Shown: positions 12,068 to 25,829, numbered from the stretch's first letter. The stretch is 64,000 nucleotides of DNA from Octopus vulgaris (GCA_951406725.2 OX597842.1:32736001-32800000), one strand, 5' to 3'. Program-made: numbers and translations. Notes: generated from the letters alone by a model not told the origin.

Positions 12068-12502
12068 TCTTCTTCTTCTTCTTCTTCTTCTTCTTCTTCT
12101 TCTTCTTCGTTTTCTTCCTCCTCTTCTTCTTCTTTTTCGTTTTCTTCTTCTTCTTCTTCTTCTTCTCCTTCTTTTTCTTCTTCTTCTTCTTCTTCTTTCT
12201 TCTTCTTCTTCTTTCTTCTTCTTCTCCTCCTTCTTTTTCTTCTGCTTCTTCTTCTTCTTTCTTCTTCTTCTTCTTCTTCTTCTTCTTCTTCTTCTTCTTT
12301 TTCTTCTGCTTCTTCTTCTTCTTCTTCTTCTTCTTCTTCTTCTTCTTCTTCTTCTTCTTCTTCTTCTTCTAATTCTTCTTCTTCTAATTCTTCTTCTTCT
12401 TCTTCTTCTTCTTCTTCTTCTTCTCCTTCTTCTTCTCCTCCTCCTCCTCCTCCTCCTCCTTCTTCTTCTTATCCTTCTCCTTCTTCTTATCCTTCTTCTT
12501 CT
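12068..12502. repeat. (CTT)n microsatellite
   Basis: Direct reading. Confidence 0.95.
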
Positions 12503-12553
12503 TGGTAGCGATGGCGGTGGAGGCGACGTCGCTCTCTAGGCGAGACTGGAATG

Positions 12554-12810
12554 CCTTAACGTGGTTCTAAGGGCCTGGCACGGATCCCTATTGGTTACCA
12601 CAATGAGGGTTCAGTCGACCAGATCAACGGAACAGCTTGCTCGTGAAATTCCCATACAAATGGCTGAGTACACCACAGACACTCATACCTTAACGTGGTT
12701 CTAAGGGCCCGACTGGGCTCCCTTTTGGTTACAACGATGAGGGTTCCTGTTGATCCGATCTGCGGAACAGCCTTCTAGTGAAATTAACATGCAAGTGGCT
12801 GAGTACACCA
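12554..12810 (-). mobile_element. Two tandem 3' fragments of the SINE family seen intact at 59589-59971
   Basis: GATCAACGGAACAGC.TGCTCGTGAAATT...TGGCTGAGTACACCACA is the reverse complement of the 3' domain of the 59589 copy. Confidence 0.75.
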
Positions 12811-12863
12811 CAAACAAACAAATACACATACTCGCACACACACACACACGCACACATTTATAT

Positions 12864-13018
12864 AGACTAGGCTTCTTTCAATTTTCGTCTCCAAATCCAC
12901 TCACAAGGCTTTGGTTGGCCTCAGGCTATAGTAGAAGACACTTGCCCAAGGTGCCACGAAGTGGCACTGAACTCGGAACCATGTGGTTGATAAGCAAGCT
13001 ACTCACCCTTCCTGTACC
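12864..13018 (-). mobile_element. SINE family A head
   Basis: CCAAATCCACTCACAAGGCTTTGGT...GACACTTGCCCAAGGTGCCACG. Confidence 0.85.
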
Positions 13019-13067
13019 TATATATTATATATATATATGTATACATACATACATACATATACATATA

Positions 13068-13158
<91 letters not shown>

Positions 13159-13209
13159 ATATTAGGGAATAAATCAAAAAAAATAGTGGTTTTGTCTCTA
13201 ATAATATTT

Positions 13210-13253
<44 letters not shown>

Positions 13254-13668
13254 TATACATATATATATATACATATATGCACAAACACATATATAAATAT
13301 ATATATATACATATATATATTATATATACATATTTATGTATATATGTATATATATATGTATATATATGTATATATATATGTATTTATGTATATGTGTGTG
13401 TGTGTGTGCGTGAAACGCATACGCACAAACCACTCACATGCACACATATGCATATGCATGCATCCATACACGCATCCATACACAACACACATGCTCAACA
13501 TATGCACAAACATTCACATAGGTACACACATGCACACACACGTATTCCCGTGCACATGTATGCATATCTATACGTACGCACACATGCGCATACATTCATG
13601 CCAACACGCCTAGATGCATTTTAATATTTATATGTATATATGCTTTCACAGGCAAACGTATGTGTGTG

Positions 13669-13777
<109 letters not shown>

Positions 13778-13851
13778 CATATATATATGTATATATATAT
13801 GTGTGTGTATATATATATATATATATATACATACATATATATATATATATA

Positions 13852-13929
<78 letters not shown>

Positions 13930-13935
<6 letters not shown>

Positions 13936-14050
13936 GTACGTACGCGTGGACGTACGGAAAACGCAAGCGTACGTACACACGTGATACCACGTGATTGTGA
14001 TTTTTCGTGACGTCGCTGTTACGCTAGACTGACGACTCCTGGGTCACAGC
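13930..14050. promoter_or_regulatory. CpG-dense island with tandem E-boxes and a CRE-like site
   Basis: CACGTG 13978-13983 and 13988-13993, TGACGTCG 14008-14015, many ACGT cores. Confidence 0.3.
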
Positions 14051-14408
14051 AACACATAATGAAAGGAGAGACAGAAGGACGAACGGATTAGAAGTGTACA
14101 AGAGAGAGGAAGGGAGAGAGGGGGGAGAGAGAGTGAGAAAGGTTGTAAGAAAGACTGGAAAGGAGAGAAAGGGAGAGAGTGAAAGGTCGTAAGAGAGAGA
14201 GGATAGGAGAGAAGGGGAGAATGTGAATGGTCGTAAGAGAGAGACGAAAAGGAACAGGCTTAGACAGAGAGAGAGAGAGAGAGGGAGAGATAAAACAGAC
14301 GTAAGAGAGAGGAAATAGTGATAGAGAGATAAATAGATAGAAAGATAGATAGATTTATAGATAAAGACATAGGTAGTGAGATATGGATGGATAGATACAT
14401 AGATTGAT

Positions 14409-14527
<119 letters not shown>

Positions 14528-14843
14528 AAGTGATAGATAGAGAGATAGATAGGTAGATAGATAAAAATAGACAGAGGGGAGAGGGGGAGGGAGAAAGGGA
14601 GAGAAAGACAGAGAGACAACCAGAGAGACAGACAGAGACACAGTGAGACACAGAGAGAGAAAGAGAAAAAGCGACAGAGAGAAAAAGTGAACGAGAGTAT
14701 CAGAGAGAAAGAGAGATACAAACAAACATACGAAGAGACAGGAAGTCTAAAATAAGGTGGAGAAAGTGAGAGAGAAAGAGAGAGAAAGGCGAGTGAGAAC
14801 GAAAGAGAGAGAGAGAGAGAGGGAGGGAGAAGGGGAGAGAGCG

Positions 14844-14886
<43 letters not shown>

Positions 14887-14909
14887 AAGGATGAGGATAA
14901 ATTGAAAAA

Positions 14910-15200
14910 TAAATGAATAGCGGAGGTGACCGAGCGACATGCGAATAAACGGCAACAATTTTCTGCGGCAAACTTCGCCAGGAACGTCGCCATCTTAACA
15001 ACTGGAGACCGGTTTTTCTCGAAAGATCGCTATATTTCATCAGTTGATCTCAGCGCCACCTATACAGATATTTCACTAAAATCTAGACAGTGGATTTATC
15101 TTAATCAAACAATCTTCACCTTTTCGTTGACTTCTATTGTCCCGACCGGAAATATAGCCCGTGCTGGCTCGCAGTGAATAATTTTAACTTCGCCATTACT
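14910..15200. promoter_or_regulatory. CpG-containing island with YY1-like and CTCF-like motifs
   Basis: CGCCATCTT 14988-14996; CAGCGCCACCTA 15051-15062; CGCCATTA ~15191. Confidence 0.35.
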
Positions 15201-15247
15201 ACTTCCATGAACAATATAAGCTCACAACACCATTATACTTGCTCGTT

Positions 15248-15282
<35 letters not shown>

Positions 15283-15358
15283 TATATATATATATATATA
15301 TCTGTGTATCTATATCTGACTATTTATCTATCTACCTATATCTATCTACCTATCTATA

Positions 15359-15443
<85 letters not shown>

Positions 15444-15578
15444 GTCTATCTATCTATCTGTCTGTCTGTCTGTTTGGCTGTTTGTATGTCTGCTTGTCTG
15501 AATGTCTGTTTATGTATGTATGTATGTAACTATTTATTTATCTACCTGCCTGTCTATCTGTCTGTCTGTCTCTCTCTC

Positions 15579-15646
<68 letters not shown>

Positions 15647-15657
15647 TATATATATAT

Positions 15658-15888
15658 AGTTAATCCAAACATGAAAACACAAAGAGAAAACACAACAACG
15701 TGAGGACGTGGAACAAGTATAGTGTTATTGGACACTCAGGAAAGGAAAGAAAGAAGGAGGACATTTTAACGTTTGGAGCAAAGCTCTTCGTCAGAAATAT
15801 AGAAAAAAAGAAAAAGTCCAAGGAAGGGAAGACGGAGTAAAAAATCGCCAACGGTACACACGCGGTCACATTTTGAATGACCTGAAGG

Positions 15889-15891
<3 letters not shown>
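15658..15891 (-). mobile_element. Penelope-like family C element, hammerhead relic at 15764-15798
   Basis: Minus strand TTT-CTGACGA-A-GAGC-TTT-GCTC-CAAA-CGTT-AAA (GAAA mutated to CAAA); (TA)n both sides. Confidence 0.7.
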
Positions 15892-15935
<44 letters not shown>

Positions 15936-15947
15936 TATGTATATATA

Positions 15948-16096
15948 AGCAGGAGTGGCTGTGTGGTAATAAGAAGCTTGCTTCCCAACAACATTGTCCC
16001 GGGTTCAGTTCCATTGCGTAGCACCTTGGGCAAGTGTCTCATACTATAGCCGCGGACCGAGCGAATTTGGTAGACGGAAACTGAAAGAAGCCCATC

Positions 16097-16099
<3 letters not shown>
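15948..16099 (+). mobile_element. SINE family A head
   Basis: GCAGGAGTGGCTGTGTGGTAA...GGGTTCAGTTCC...GGTAGACGGAAACTGAAAGAAGCCC. Confidence 0.85.
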
Positions 16100-16128
<29 letters not shown>

Positions 16129-16156
16129 TTGAGTGTATGTGTGGGTGTGTCGTTGA

Positions 16157-16240
16157 TTTAATGTCCAAGTGCAAAGAGAGGCAGTTCCATCAATAGAAGA
16201 AAATCTTATTAAATGCCTTGGAAAGATGAATGAAGCCAGC
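16157..16240 (+). pseudogene. Non-LTR retrotransposon RT fragment (Hero/R2-like), upstream piece
   Basis: Translates FNVQVQREAVPSIEENLIKCLGKMNEAS, resembling the RT domain-7 'IPSI.E.PIKCLGK' region. Confidence 0.55.
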
Positions 16241-16579
16241 TCAACCCACCCCGGGTGAATGCTGTCTCAAGACAAGACAAGATAGCCAACCATTCAGGGA
16301 TTTACTCAGAGGAGAACATCGACCAACTTTCAAACATGAAGCGACAATAAAACTTTAAAAAAACTTATAAGAAAAATGAAATTTATGTGATGTTCCAGCA
16401 TGGCCGCAGTCCGGCGATATAATTAAAACGATAAAAGAATAAAGAACAGTTATCTATGTGTGTACATAAGCCAGTGTGAGCGAGAGACACAGAAAATACA
16501 CCTGGCCATCTTCGGAGGTATTTATTTACCTTCCCCATCCATTGTTTCCACACTTGTCATCGGAATATCGTACAGCGTC

Positions 16580-16755
16580 AAATGAGTCTTGAAAGCAGTC
16601 CATGTTGGCTGAGCCTGTACTTCCCTGGAAGCCTGTATTTCACTGGAAGCTCGGCTCTATCAATCCTCATCAGCCACTCCTCTGCTTGCTTCACCATGTT
16701 GGTGGCATTGCTTCTGTCTGACGATGATCTGTCAGACATCATCTTTCCAAGGCAT
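16580..16755 (-). pseudogene. Non-LTR retrotransposon RT/thumb fragment (Hero/R2-like), inverted downstream piece
   Basis: CLGK..SDRSNATNMVKQAEEWLMRIDRAELP(VKYRLP)GKYRLSQHGLLSRLI resembles the 'ID.S.LPGKYK.W.YQHGLLPRL' motif. Confidence 0.65.
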
Positions 16756-16991
16756 ATATATATGAATGTTTTTATGATGACATGTATATACACATACATC
16801 TAAGTATGTATTCACACAGATAGGTCTGTCAAAATTTTGGTATGTATCTACGTACGTATATATATGTGTATATGAATGTATGTATATAAGTACATACATG
16901 TGCGTGAATGCATGTGCCTTCCTTATATATATTTAAAAGCAATCAACTGTCTCTCTGTCTCTCTGTCTCTCTCTCTATTTATCTATCAATG

Positions 16992-17067
<76 letters not shown>

Positions 17068-17639
17068 GATCGATCGATCGATCTATCAGTCTGAATTTCT
17101 GTCTGTCTGACTGTCTGCTTCTATATTTTCTCTCTCCCAATCTCTCTCTCTATCTATCTACCTATATATCTGTGCGTCTGTCTGTCTGTCCATCTATCCC
17201 TCTATCCATATAACTGTCTATCTATCTGTATCTCTGTCTCTCAGCCTCTCATTCTATCTCTTCCTCCTCCTCTCTCCTCTCTCTCTCTCTCTCTATCTAT
17301 CTATCTATAAATGTATATTCAAACATATTTACTTACATATATATATATATATACAAAATATATCGTATACTAATAGAGAAAGCAATGTTGATCATACATC
17401 GAAACACAGAATCACACACACACACACACACATACACACATACACACCCATATATATATACACATACATATATATTTATATAAATATATGCCTGTATATA
17501 TAGATCCACATATACACACAGAGATATATATGCTTATATAACTATATATTTACATACACATAGATCAGAACCGTATGCATTTTCAATTAATTATACGTCA
17601 GTTCAATCAATACCTACATACACCGCACAATCCTTCTTC

Positions 17640-17800
17640 CCCACCAGCCGTTATACGTAAATGTCTTCCTATACGCAGCATGATGGCGCAGAATTTCACA
17701 ATTTTCTCTATTGCCACAAGCGCCCTCTTTTACGCGATGTGAGGGAACCGGAAGTAGGACGGCTATAATGATTCAGATATCACGTGACTGAAGATGACTG
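17640..17800. promoter_or_regulatory. Island with ETS, TCACGTGA E-box, YY1-like and CTCF-like motifs
   Basis: GATGGCG 17682-17688, AGCGCCCTCT 17719-17728, CCGGAAGT 17748-17755, TCACGTGA 17780-17787. Confidence 0.4.
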
Positions 17801-17961
17801 TTTAGTAATTAGAGCGATAATTTAAATTCTTTGTGTGGTGTGAAAACGTATGTAGGTGTATATATCTATACGTACAAACATACATATGTATATATATATA
17901 CATACATATATATATACATATACATATATATATACATATATATATATATATACATATATAT

Positions 17962-18016
<55 letters not shown>

Positions 18017-18310
18017 CATATATATATATACACACGTGTGTGTGTATGCACCTAAACATATATATATATAAGTATTATTGCGTATGTACCTAAACATATA
18101 TATGTGTGCTTGTGTGTGTGATGTGCGATGTGTGTGTCTGTCTGTCTGCCTTCTGAGGAATAAACAGAGAGACAGATAGACGTCGGGCAAGCAATTATAT
18201 ACGCAGGTTAGGATTTTGGACGTAGGCGAATAGATAGATAGACAGATAGATACGTATATACATAGATATACATATGTGAATACACACTTCCATACATATG
18301 TATACATACA

Positions 18311-18346
<36 letters not shown>

Positions 18347-18359
18347 TATATATGTGTGC

Positions 18360-18425
<66 letters not shown>

Positions 18426-18523
18426 TAGATACATACATACATGATATACATATATGAATACATACATGTCTACATACGCATCAATCTATACATACATATG
18501 CATATATATATATATATATATAC

Positions 18524-18575
<52 letters not shown>

Positions 18576-18728
18576 ATAGATAGATAAACAGATAGATAGA
18601 TACATACATACATACATAGAAAGAATAATAATCACTGATCTCTCTCTCTCACTCTCTCTCTCTCTACATATATGCATATGTGCAAATATATGTATATTTA
18701 ATATTTACATATACATACACACACACAC

Positions 18729-18851
<123 letters not shown>

Positions 18852-18957
18852 GGTGTGTGTGTACACGCGCACACTCGATGTGTGTAAAGAGATAGAGTGC
18901 GGGATAAATGGAGAGATGGAGAAAGATTAAGCAAGTGCTAGAATTTGATATATATAC

Positions 18958-18992
<35 letters not shown>

Positions 18993-19019
18993 TATATATA
19001 TATGTAAATATCTATCTAC

Positions 19020-19077
<58 letters not shown>

Positions 19078-19132
19078 GTCTATCTATCTATCTATCTATC
19101 TTTCTTTCGTTCGTTCTTTCTTTCTTTCTATC

Positions 19133-19167
<35 letters not shown>

Positions 19168-19489
19168 ATCTCTATATCTATCTCCGGTCTGTCTATCTAT
19201 ATATGCGTGTGAATCCTTACAAACACACACACACATTATATATAGTGAGAGAGAGAGTGAGAGAATAAGCGAGAAAAAGAGAGAGTGAGATAGACCGTTT
19301 GTCAGAGAGAGAGAGAGAGAGAGAGAGGTGGGGACAGAGATAGAGATAGTGAAAGGAAGACAAAGGAAGGGCGCGTGTGACTGAGATAAATTCGCGATAA
19401 GTTCCATGATAAATTTGTTGATCAGGTCTTGAGACATAATTCCATGATTGATGCCAAAGATTTCGGTAGAGTCAAAGAGACAGATATAT

Positions 19490-19580
19490 ATATTTTTTAT
19501 TCAAAGACAGCCATTTTGTGATTCACCGGAAACGCGACTCTCTGCTTCTAATTGGCGATTGGACGACGACGAATCTGTGA
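19490..19580. promoter_or_regulatory. Island with YY1-like, ETS-like and double reverse CCAAT motifs
   Basis: GCCATTTT 19510-19517, CCGGAAA 19526-19532, ATTGGCGATTGG 19551-19562. Confidence 0.35.
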
Positions 19581-19685
19581 TGTCTGTGTGTGGATATAGA
19601 AGGGAAAAGATGGACTTTAATATCAGTAATTAATTGGGGGACGTTTGTATGAAGCATTGGTGTAATGGTATACTAACTTTTATTC

Positions 19686-19771
<86 letters not shown>

Positions 19772-20142
19772 GTCTGTCTGTCTGTCTGTCTGTCTGCCTG
19801 CTCGTACGCCTGTCTGTCTGTTTGTCTGTCTGTCTGTGTATCTAGATCGGCCCCAAACACACTACAATCATACACAACTACACACCAACGTATACATACA
19901 CACACACATACATACATACATACATTCATTCATACATACATACATACATACATACATACATACATACATTCATACATACATACATACATACATACATACA
20001 TACATACATACATACATTCATTCATTCATACATACATACATACATACATACATACATACATACATACATACATACATACATACATACATACATACATACA
20101 TACATCTACTTCCCAACCACATGGTTCCGGGTTCGGACATAA

Positions 20143-20662
20143 TTGAACCCTTAAAGGGTTTTCATTGCAGTTTGTCACGGAGAAATATTCCTTACTGAAG
20201 ACAAAATGGTCTTAAAACGCTATAGTCAATGCAGAGCGCCCTTTATTGGACTGATGGCCTTAAGTTTGTATCCTTTCATTTACTGTTTGGTGCATCTACT
20301 CACATACATCATAGTTACTGCAGAGCGCTCACTTTTGTACTGTTGATCGCATTTCGAACTCCTTATTACTCTTCAGAACTAGATACCAGGAGAGACAACT
20401 CCGAGCTGCAGACAATATTACTGAATCATAGCAGACATTCCATCTGGAAAAAATATGTGAATAGAAGAACGGATGATCGACTGGAAGAATAGTAACTCAA
20501 TACCTGTACAAATACGTTTGAGAGATTTGAACCTGTTAAGGCTTTTCGTTGCAGTTTGTCCTAGAAAAATATTTCTCGCTAATGACAAAAATGGTATTAA
20601 AACACTATAGTCACCTGAGAACGCCGCCTATTGGACTGATTGTCTTAATTTTGTATACTTTC
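20143..20662. repeat. Diverged ~135-bp direct repeat (20143-20277 and 20527-20662)
   Basis: Collinear TTGAACC..TTGCAGTTTGTC..AAATATT..AAAATGGT.TTAAAAC.CTATAGTCA..TATTGGACTGAT in both. Confidence 0.8.
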
Positions 20663-20689
20663 CTTCCTGACTTCGTACACCAACCCACT

Positions 20690-21124
20690 CTCTTTTACTC
20701 TCTTTTTCTCTTTTTACTTGTTTCAGTCATTTGACTGCGGCCATGCTGGAGCACCGCTTTTAGTCGAGCAAATCGATCCCGGGACTTATTCTTTGTAAGC
20801 CCAGTACTTATTCTATCGGTCTGTTTTGCCGAACCGCTAAGTGACGGGGACATAAACACACCAGCATCGGTTGTCAAGCAATGCTAGGGGGACAAACACA
20901 GACACAAACATACACACACACAAACACAGACACACATACATATATATATATAAATATATACGACAGGCTTCTTTCAGTTTCCGTCTACCAAATCCACTCA
21001 CAAGGCATTGGTCGGCCCGGGGCTATAGCAGAAGACACTTGCCCAAGATGTCACGCAGTGGGACTGAACCCCGAACCATGTGGTTGGTTAGCAAGCTACT
21101 TACCACAGAGTCACTCCTGCGCCT
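20690..21124 (-). mobile_element. SINE family A, full-length
   Basis: Complete head (GGCGCAGGAGTG..GTGGTAAGTAGC, GGTTCAGTCCC), core, internal microsatellite, tail CCAGCATGGCCGCAGTCAAATGACTGAAAC plus AAAAGAG-type repeats. Confidence 0.9.
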
Positions 21125-21159
21125 ACGAAATTTCACTTAAAAAGTGGTTCTGATAATAC

Positions 21160-21720
21160 GAAGGAACCGAAAATTCACGTGACAATGACAGAGCCATCTT
21201 GATTTCGAACTGCAATCGACGAAGTTAGGAATGAACGAATTAAATATACAGCTATTCCCAGGTCTGCATGTTTTAAAACACATATAAATAAACGATCGCA
21301 ATTATTTGAGAGAGAAAATGCTTTATACGAAATAAATATCCTTTTTAAAACACATATATCGATAATTAAAACGGTCGTCTGTTTTGCTCAAAATGGCGCC
21401 GAATATTTCCGTAAATCAAGCTGCAATGTCGTAAACATTGACAGAACGTAAACGGAGGGTGTTGAATTATCTATGATGTTAAAAGTCAGAGTATCGATTA
21501 AGAGAAGGGAAACTTTTGAGCAGAGGCCGGCTAGAGCAAGGTATGATGGGAAGGAATGCAACAATAGTGTAAATTTAAACGGAGTGCTAATAGCTACGGC
21601 GATTTTCACAAACATGGACACCGCTAGAACAACCGAGAAATATAGCAAAGGATGCGCTGTATACTAGGTGGAAAAATTAGAATATGTGACGAAGAATTCT
21701 CTATGACGTCATTCGCTTCA
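21160..21720. promoter_or_regulatory. Island with E-box, two YY1-like sites and a CRE
   Basis: TCACGTGA 21175-21182, GCCATCTT 21193-21200, CAAAATGGCG 21389-21398, TGACGTCA 21704-21711. Confidence 0.4.
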
Positions 21721-21954
21721 TGTATATTCATTTCTGGAATTTCGGATCACACCATATACGGCATAATCTTTTACCGTTGTTCCAGTAATGGAGGGAAATC
21801 TGGTTACATACATGCATACACATACACAAACACGCACACACGTCTAGATATAAATATATATATAAATATAAGTATAGATATTTATATACATATATATATA
21901 TATATATGTATATACATATATATATATACATTTATGCATATATACATATATGTA

Positions 21955-22015
<61 letters not shown>

Positions 22016-22352
22016 ATACATATATGTATATATATATGTACATATATATACATATATACACATATATATGTATATATATATATATAAATATTACATGTAT
22101 ATATCTATGTATATGTACCTATATCTTGCTATGCGTTTAAGCACACCTCAAAATACAAGCACATATATATACATATGCATCGTATAAATGGCAGTGCCCC
22201 AGCATGGCCATAGCTCGTGAGCTGAAACTTTTTCAATTCATTTCATATCAAAAATACATACAACTGTGCATTTATATATATATATATATGTGCATACGTG
22301 CACTATAAATGCATATATTCCTCTATGCACATACCGCTACATGCTTATTAAA

Positions 22353-22398
<46 letters not shown>

Positions 22399-22599
22399 AT
22401 ATATATATATATGTATGTATGTATATATATATGTATATGTCTCTCTGTGTGTATATACACATATATACTTAGATAAACGTTGGCCCAGAGAGGTTAAATA
22501 ATAATTACACGAACGAACAAATATATACATCAATATATAACAATAAATACAAACACACAAAAAAAAATGAGAATAAAACACAAACAGCAACAACAACAA

Positions 22600-23170
22600 A
22601 AATAAATCCCCGTCCCTCCACCACGACCACCACCGCTAAATAACAATTTACTACGAAAGTCTTAAACGCCAGCTATACACAACAGGAGGTCTTGCCAAAA
22701 GATATATATGTATCGATCGGAGATATGACCTGGGTATATATACGTCTTATTCTTCCTGATATCAGCCCCCACCGCACCGCGGACGACCATCTCCTCTCCG
22801 CCTGTCCGCCCTCCCTCTGTCTACCCCCGCCGCCCTTCCGTATCACCATTGGATGCTTCCAGAAGCCAGTATACGTGGTTCTCAATATTTAAATATAAGG
22901 AGACAATAGGAAAAGCAACAATAACGCTTACAACAACAATAACAACAACAACAACACGAACAAAAAAAAATAATAATGGTGAAGATGGCGACAAGAACAT
23001 TTTAGGGGGGTGGTGGGCGGCGGTGGATTGGAAATGAAATATTTGCGGAGAAAAGGAGTCGAGGAAAAACAAAATGGCGTCGTATTAAATGTGCATTAAA
23101 TATATTAGAGCGATATTTTATCGCCCCTTTTGTGAGGTTGTGTGTGTGTGATGAAGATGGACGATGCGCC
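22600..23170. promoter_or_regulatory. GC-rich island with two YY1 consensus sites and a GC-skew flip
   Basis: GAAGATGGCG 22981-22990, CAAAATGGCG 23070-23079; C-rich left half, G-rich right half. Confidence 0.4.
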
Positions 23171-23196
23171 GTGTGTACATAAATATACATACATGC

Positions 23197-23248
<52 letters not shown>

Positions 23249-23491
23249 GCATATATATTTACATACATGCATGCATGCATATACATATATACATATGAAT
23301 ATGAATATATATATATATATATATATACATGATAATATATGGATAGAGATGTGCATATATATATATATTTATAGTATATATATATATAAATATATATATA
23401 TATAAATGCATTGAATATAGATAAATCTATATATATATAATATAATATAATATATATACTTACACACACACACATATACACACACACACAT

Positions 23492-23531
<40 letters not shown>

Positions 23532-23674
23532 GTACCTAAATATGTATGTATGTATGGAAGGATGGATGTATGTATGGATGGATATATGGACGTATGGATG
23601 GATGTGTGGCTACGTGAGTAAATATACACGCATAGCACGCGCGCGCGCGCATACACACACACACAGACATATGC

Positions 23675-23857
23675 TTTTACACTTTTACATGTTTCAGTCA
23701 TTTGACTGCGGCCATGCTTGAGCACCGCCTTTTAATCGAGCAACTCGACCCCGGGACTCATTCTTTGTAAGCCCAGTACTTATTCTATCGGTCTCTTTTG
23801 CCGAACCGCTAAGTGACGGGGACATAAACACACCAGCATCGGACAAACACAGACATG

Positions 23858-23913
<56 letters not shown>

Positions 23914-24069
23914 TACGACGGGCTTCTTTCAGTTTCCGTCTACCAAATCCACTCACAAGGCTTTGGTCGGCCGAGGCTAGAGTAGAAGACACTTGCCCAA
24001 GGTGCCACGCAGTGGGACTGAACCTGGAACCATGTGGTTGGTAAACAAGCTACTTACCACACAGCCACT
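23675..24069 (-). mobile_element. SINE family A, near full-length
   Basis: Same consensus as 20690-21124 with a small internal deletion. Confidence 0.9.
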
Positions 24070-24084
24070 ATATATATATATCTA

Positions 24085-24362
24085 TCTATATATATATATA
24101 AAACTGAGAATGTGTGTCTGTCTGTCTGTCTGTGTGTTTCCCTAAAACTCTAGAAACACAACCAATTTCATTCAAATTTTACACATGCCTTACTTAGGGT
24201 CCGGGGAGTGTCATGGGCAAAAAAATGTTCAACTTCTTGTCTAGAGCGAGCCCATAGCAATATCATATCTTCTCCACTGTTTCAATATTACGTGTTAAAA
24301 GTGAAACAACAATATTTCTCTTTTGTAATGCAGACACTTTCATTTTAATACTGAAACTATTA
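24085..24362 (+). mobile_element. Probable Helitron-like non-autonomous 5' end
   Basis: TCTATATATA..TAAAACTGAGAATGTGTG(TCTG)n followed by ACCAATTTCATTCAAATTTT, a layout typical of animal non-autonomous Helitrons; no 3' hairpin found. Confidence 0.45.
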
Positions 24363-24366
24363 ATAC

Positions 24367-25725
24367 GGTGGTAGTGGTGGTGGTGGTGGTGGTGATGGTG
24401 GTGGTGATGATGGTGTTGGTGGTGGTGATAGTGGTTGTCGTGTTGGTAGTGGTGGTGGTCGTGGTGGTGGTTGTGTTGGTAGTGGTGGTGTTGGTGGTGG
24501 TGGTAGTGGTGGTGTTGGTCGTCGTGGTGATGGTGGTGGTGGTGGTCATGGTGTTAGTGGTGGTGGTGGTCATGGTGGTAGTGGTGGTGGTGGTCATGGT
24601 AGTAGTGGTGATGGTGGTATTGGCCGTGGTGCTGGTGGTGGTCATGGTGGTAGTGGTGGTCGTAGTGTCGTTGGTGGTGGTGTTGGTCTTCGTGGTGATG
24701 GTGGTGGTGGTGGTGGTGGTGGTGGTGATGGTGGTGGTGTTTGCGGCAGAGTTGTCCTTTGACCTTGAAGCTGTCGTCTGGGTTCTTCCAATTCTTCGTG
24801 TGTCGGCGTCCATTCTCGCACCTGCACCTGTCTTGCTCCTCCCCTTCTTTCCCTCCTTCATAAAGCAGTGGGGAAGGCAGGGTAAGGAAATCAACGTCGT
24901 AAGCGTTGTCAAGGAGACCAGCCTTCCTTTAGAACGACGACTTCATGGCTTTGAAGTCGCCAAAACAGAAAATGGCTAAGAAAGCCCGAAAACGAATTTA
25001 CAAAATGGGGAAATACGCCACACAGGGAAGGTTTCCCCTGCAAAGAATTTGCACAACCGAATGCTTTAGTCGTTGCACAACTAATACATAAAAAATATTA
25101 TCCAAACGCAAACTTTTGAAGGCGATATTGTATGGCGATGGTACTTGTGAAATATAAGGCGGCGAGCTGGCAGAAACGTTAGCACGCCGGGCGAAATGCT
25201 TAGTGGTATTTTGTCTGCCGTTACGATGGTGGTGGTGGTCGTGGTGGTCTTCGTGATGGTGGTGGTGGTGGTGGTGGTGGTGGTGGTGGTGGTGGTGGTG
25301 GTGATGATGATGGTGGTGGTGGTGGTGGTCATGGTGGTAGTGGTGGTACTGGTCATGGTGGTAATGGTAGTGGTGGTGGTGGTGGTGGTAGTGGTAGTGG
25401 TGGTGGTGATGGTGGTGGTGATGGTAGTAGTGGTAGTGGTGGTAGTGTTGATGGTGGTGGTGGTGTTTGTGGCAGAGTTGTCCTTTGACTGTGAAGCTGT
25501 CGTCTGGGTTCTTCCAATTCTTCGTGTGTCGGCGTCCATGCTCGCACCTGCACCTGTGTTGCTCCTCCCCTTCTTTCCCTCCCTCGTGAAGCTGTGGGGA
25601 AGGCAGGGTAAGGAAATCAACGTCGTAAAGCGTTGTCAAGGAGACCAGCGTTTCATTAGAACGACGACTTCATGGCTTGAAGACACCAAAACAGAAAATG
25701 GCTAAGAAAGCCCGAAAACGAATTA
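24367..25725. repeat. Local duplication: two (GTG)n tracts, each followed by a ~260-bp unique module (24739-25000; 25465-25725)
   Basis: Near-identical GGCAGAGTTGTCCTTTGAC...CAGAAAATGGCTAAGAAAGCCCGAAAACGAATT blocks; SINE-B head at 25158-25225 lies between them. Confidence 0.9.
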
Positions 25726-25778
25726 CCCGGAACCATGTGGCTGGTAAGCAAGCTACTTACCACACAGACACTCCTGCG

Positions 25779-25825
<47 letters not shown>

Positions 25826-25829
25826 TTAT

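Noticed and set aside
14700-14993. ORF MATFLAKFAAEN with strong Kozak-like start
   Set aside because: AAGATGGCG is equally explained as a YY1 site; no donor follows and the frame runs into (CT)n. The same applies to the ATGs at 21393, 22985 and 63302.
24340-25639. Thr-rich or His-rich proteins on the minus strand
   Set aside because: Low-complexity parts are (CAC)n; differences between the duplicate copies are mostly non-synonymous; no convincing splice or start context.
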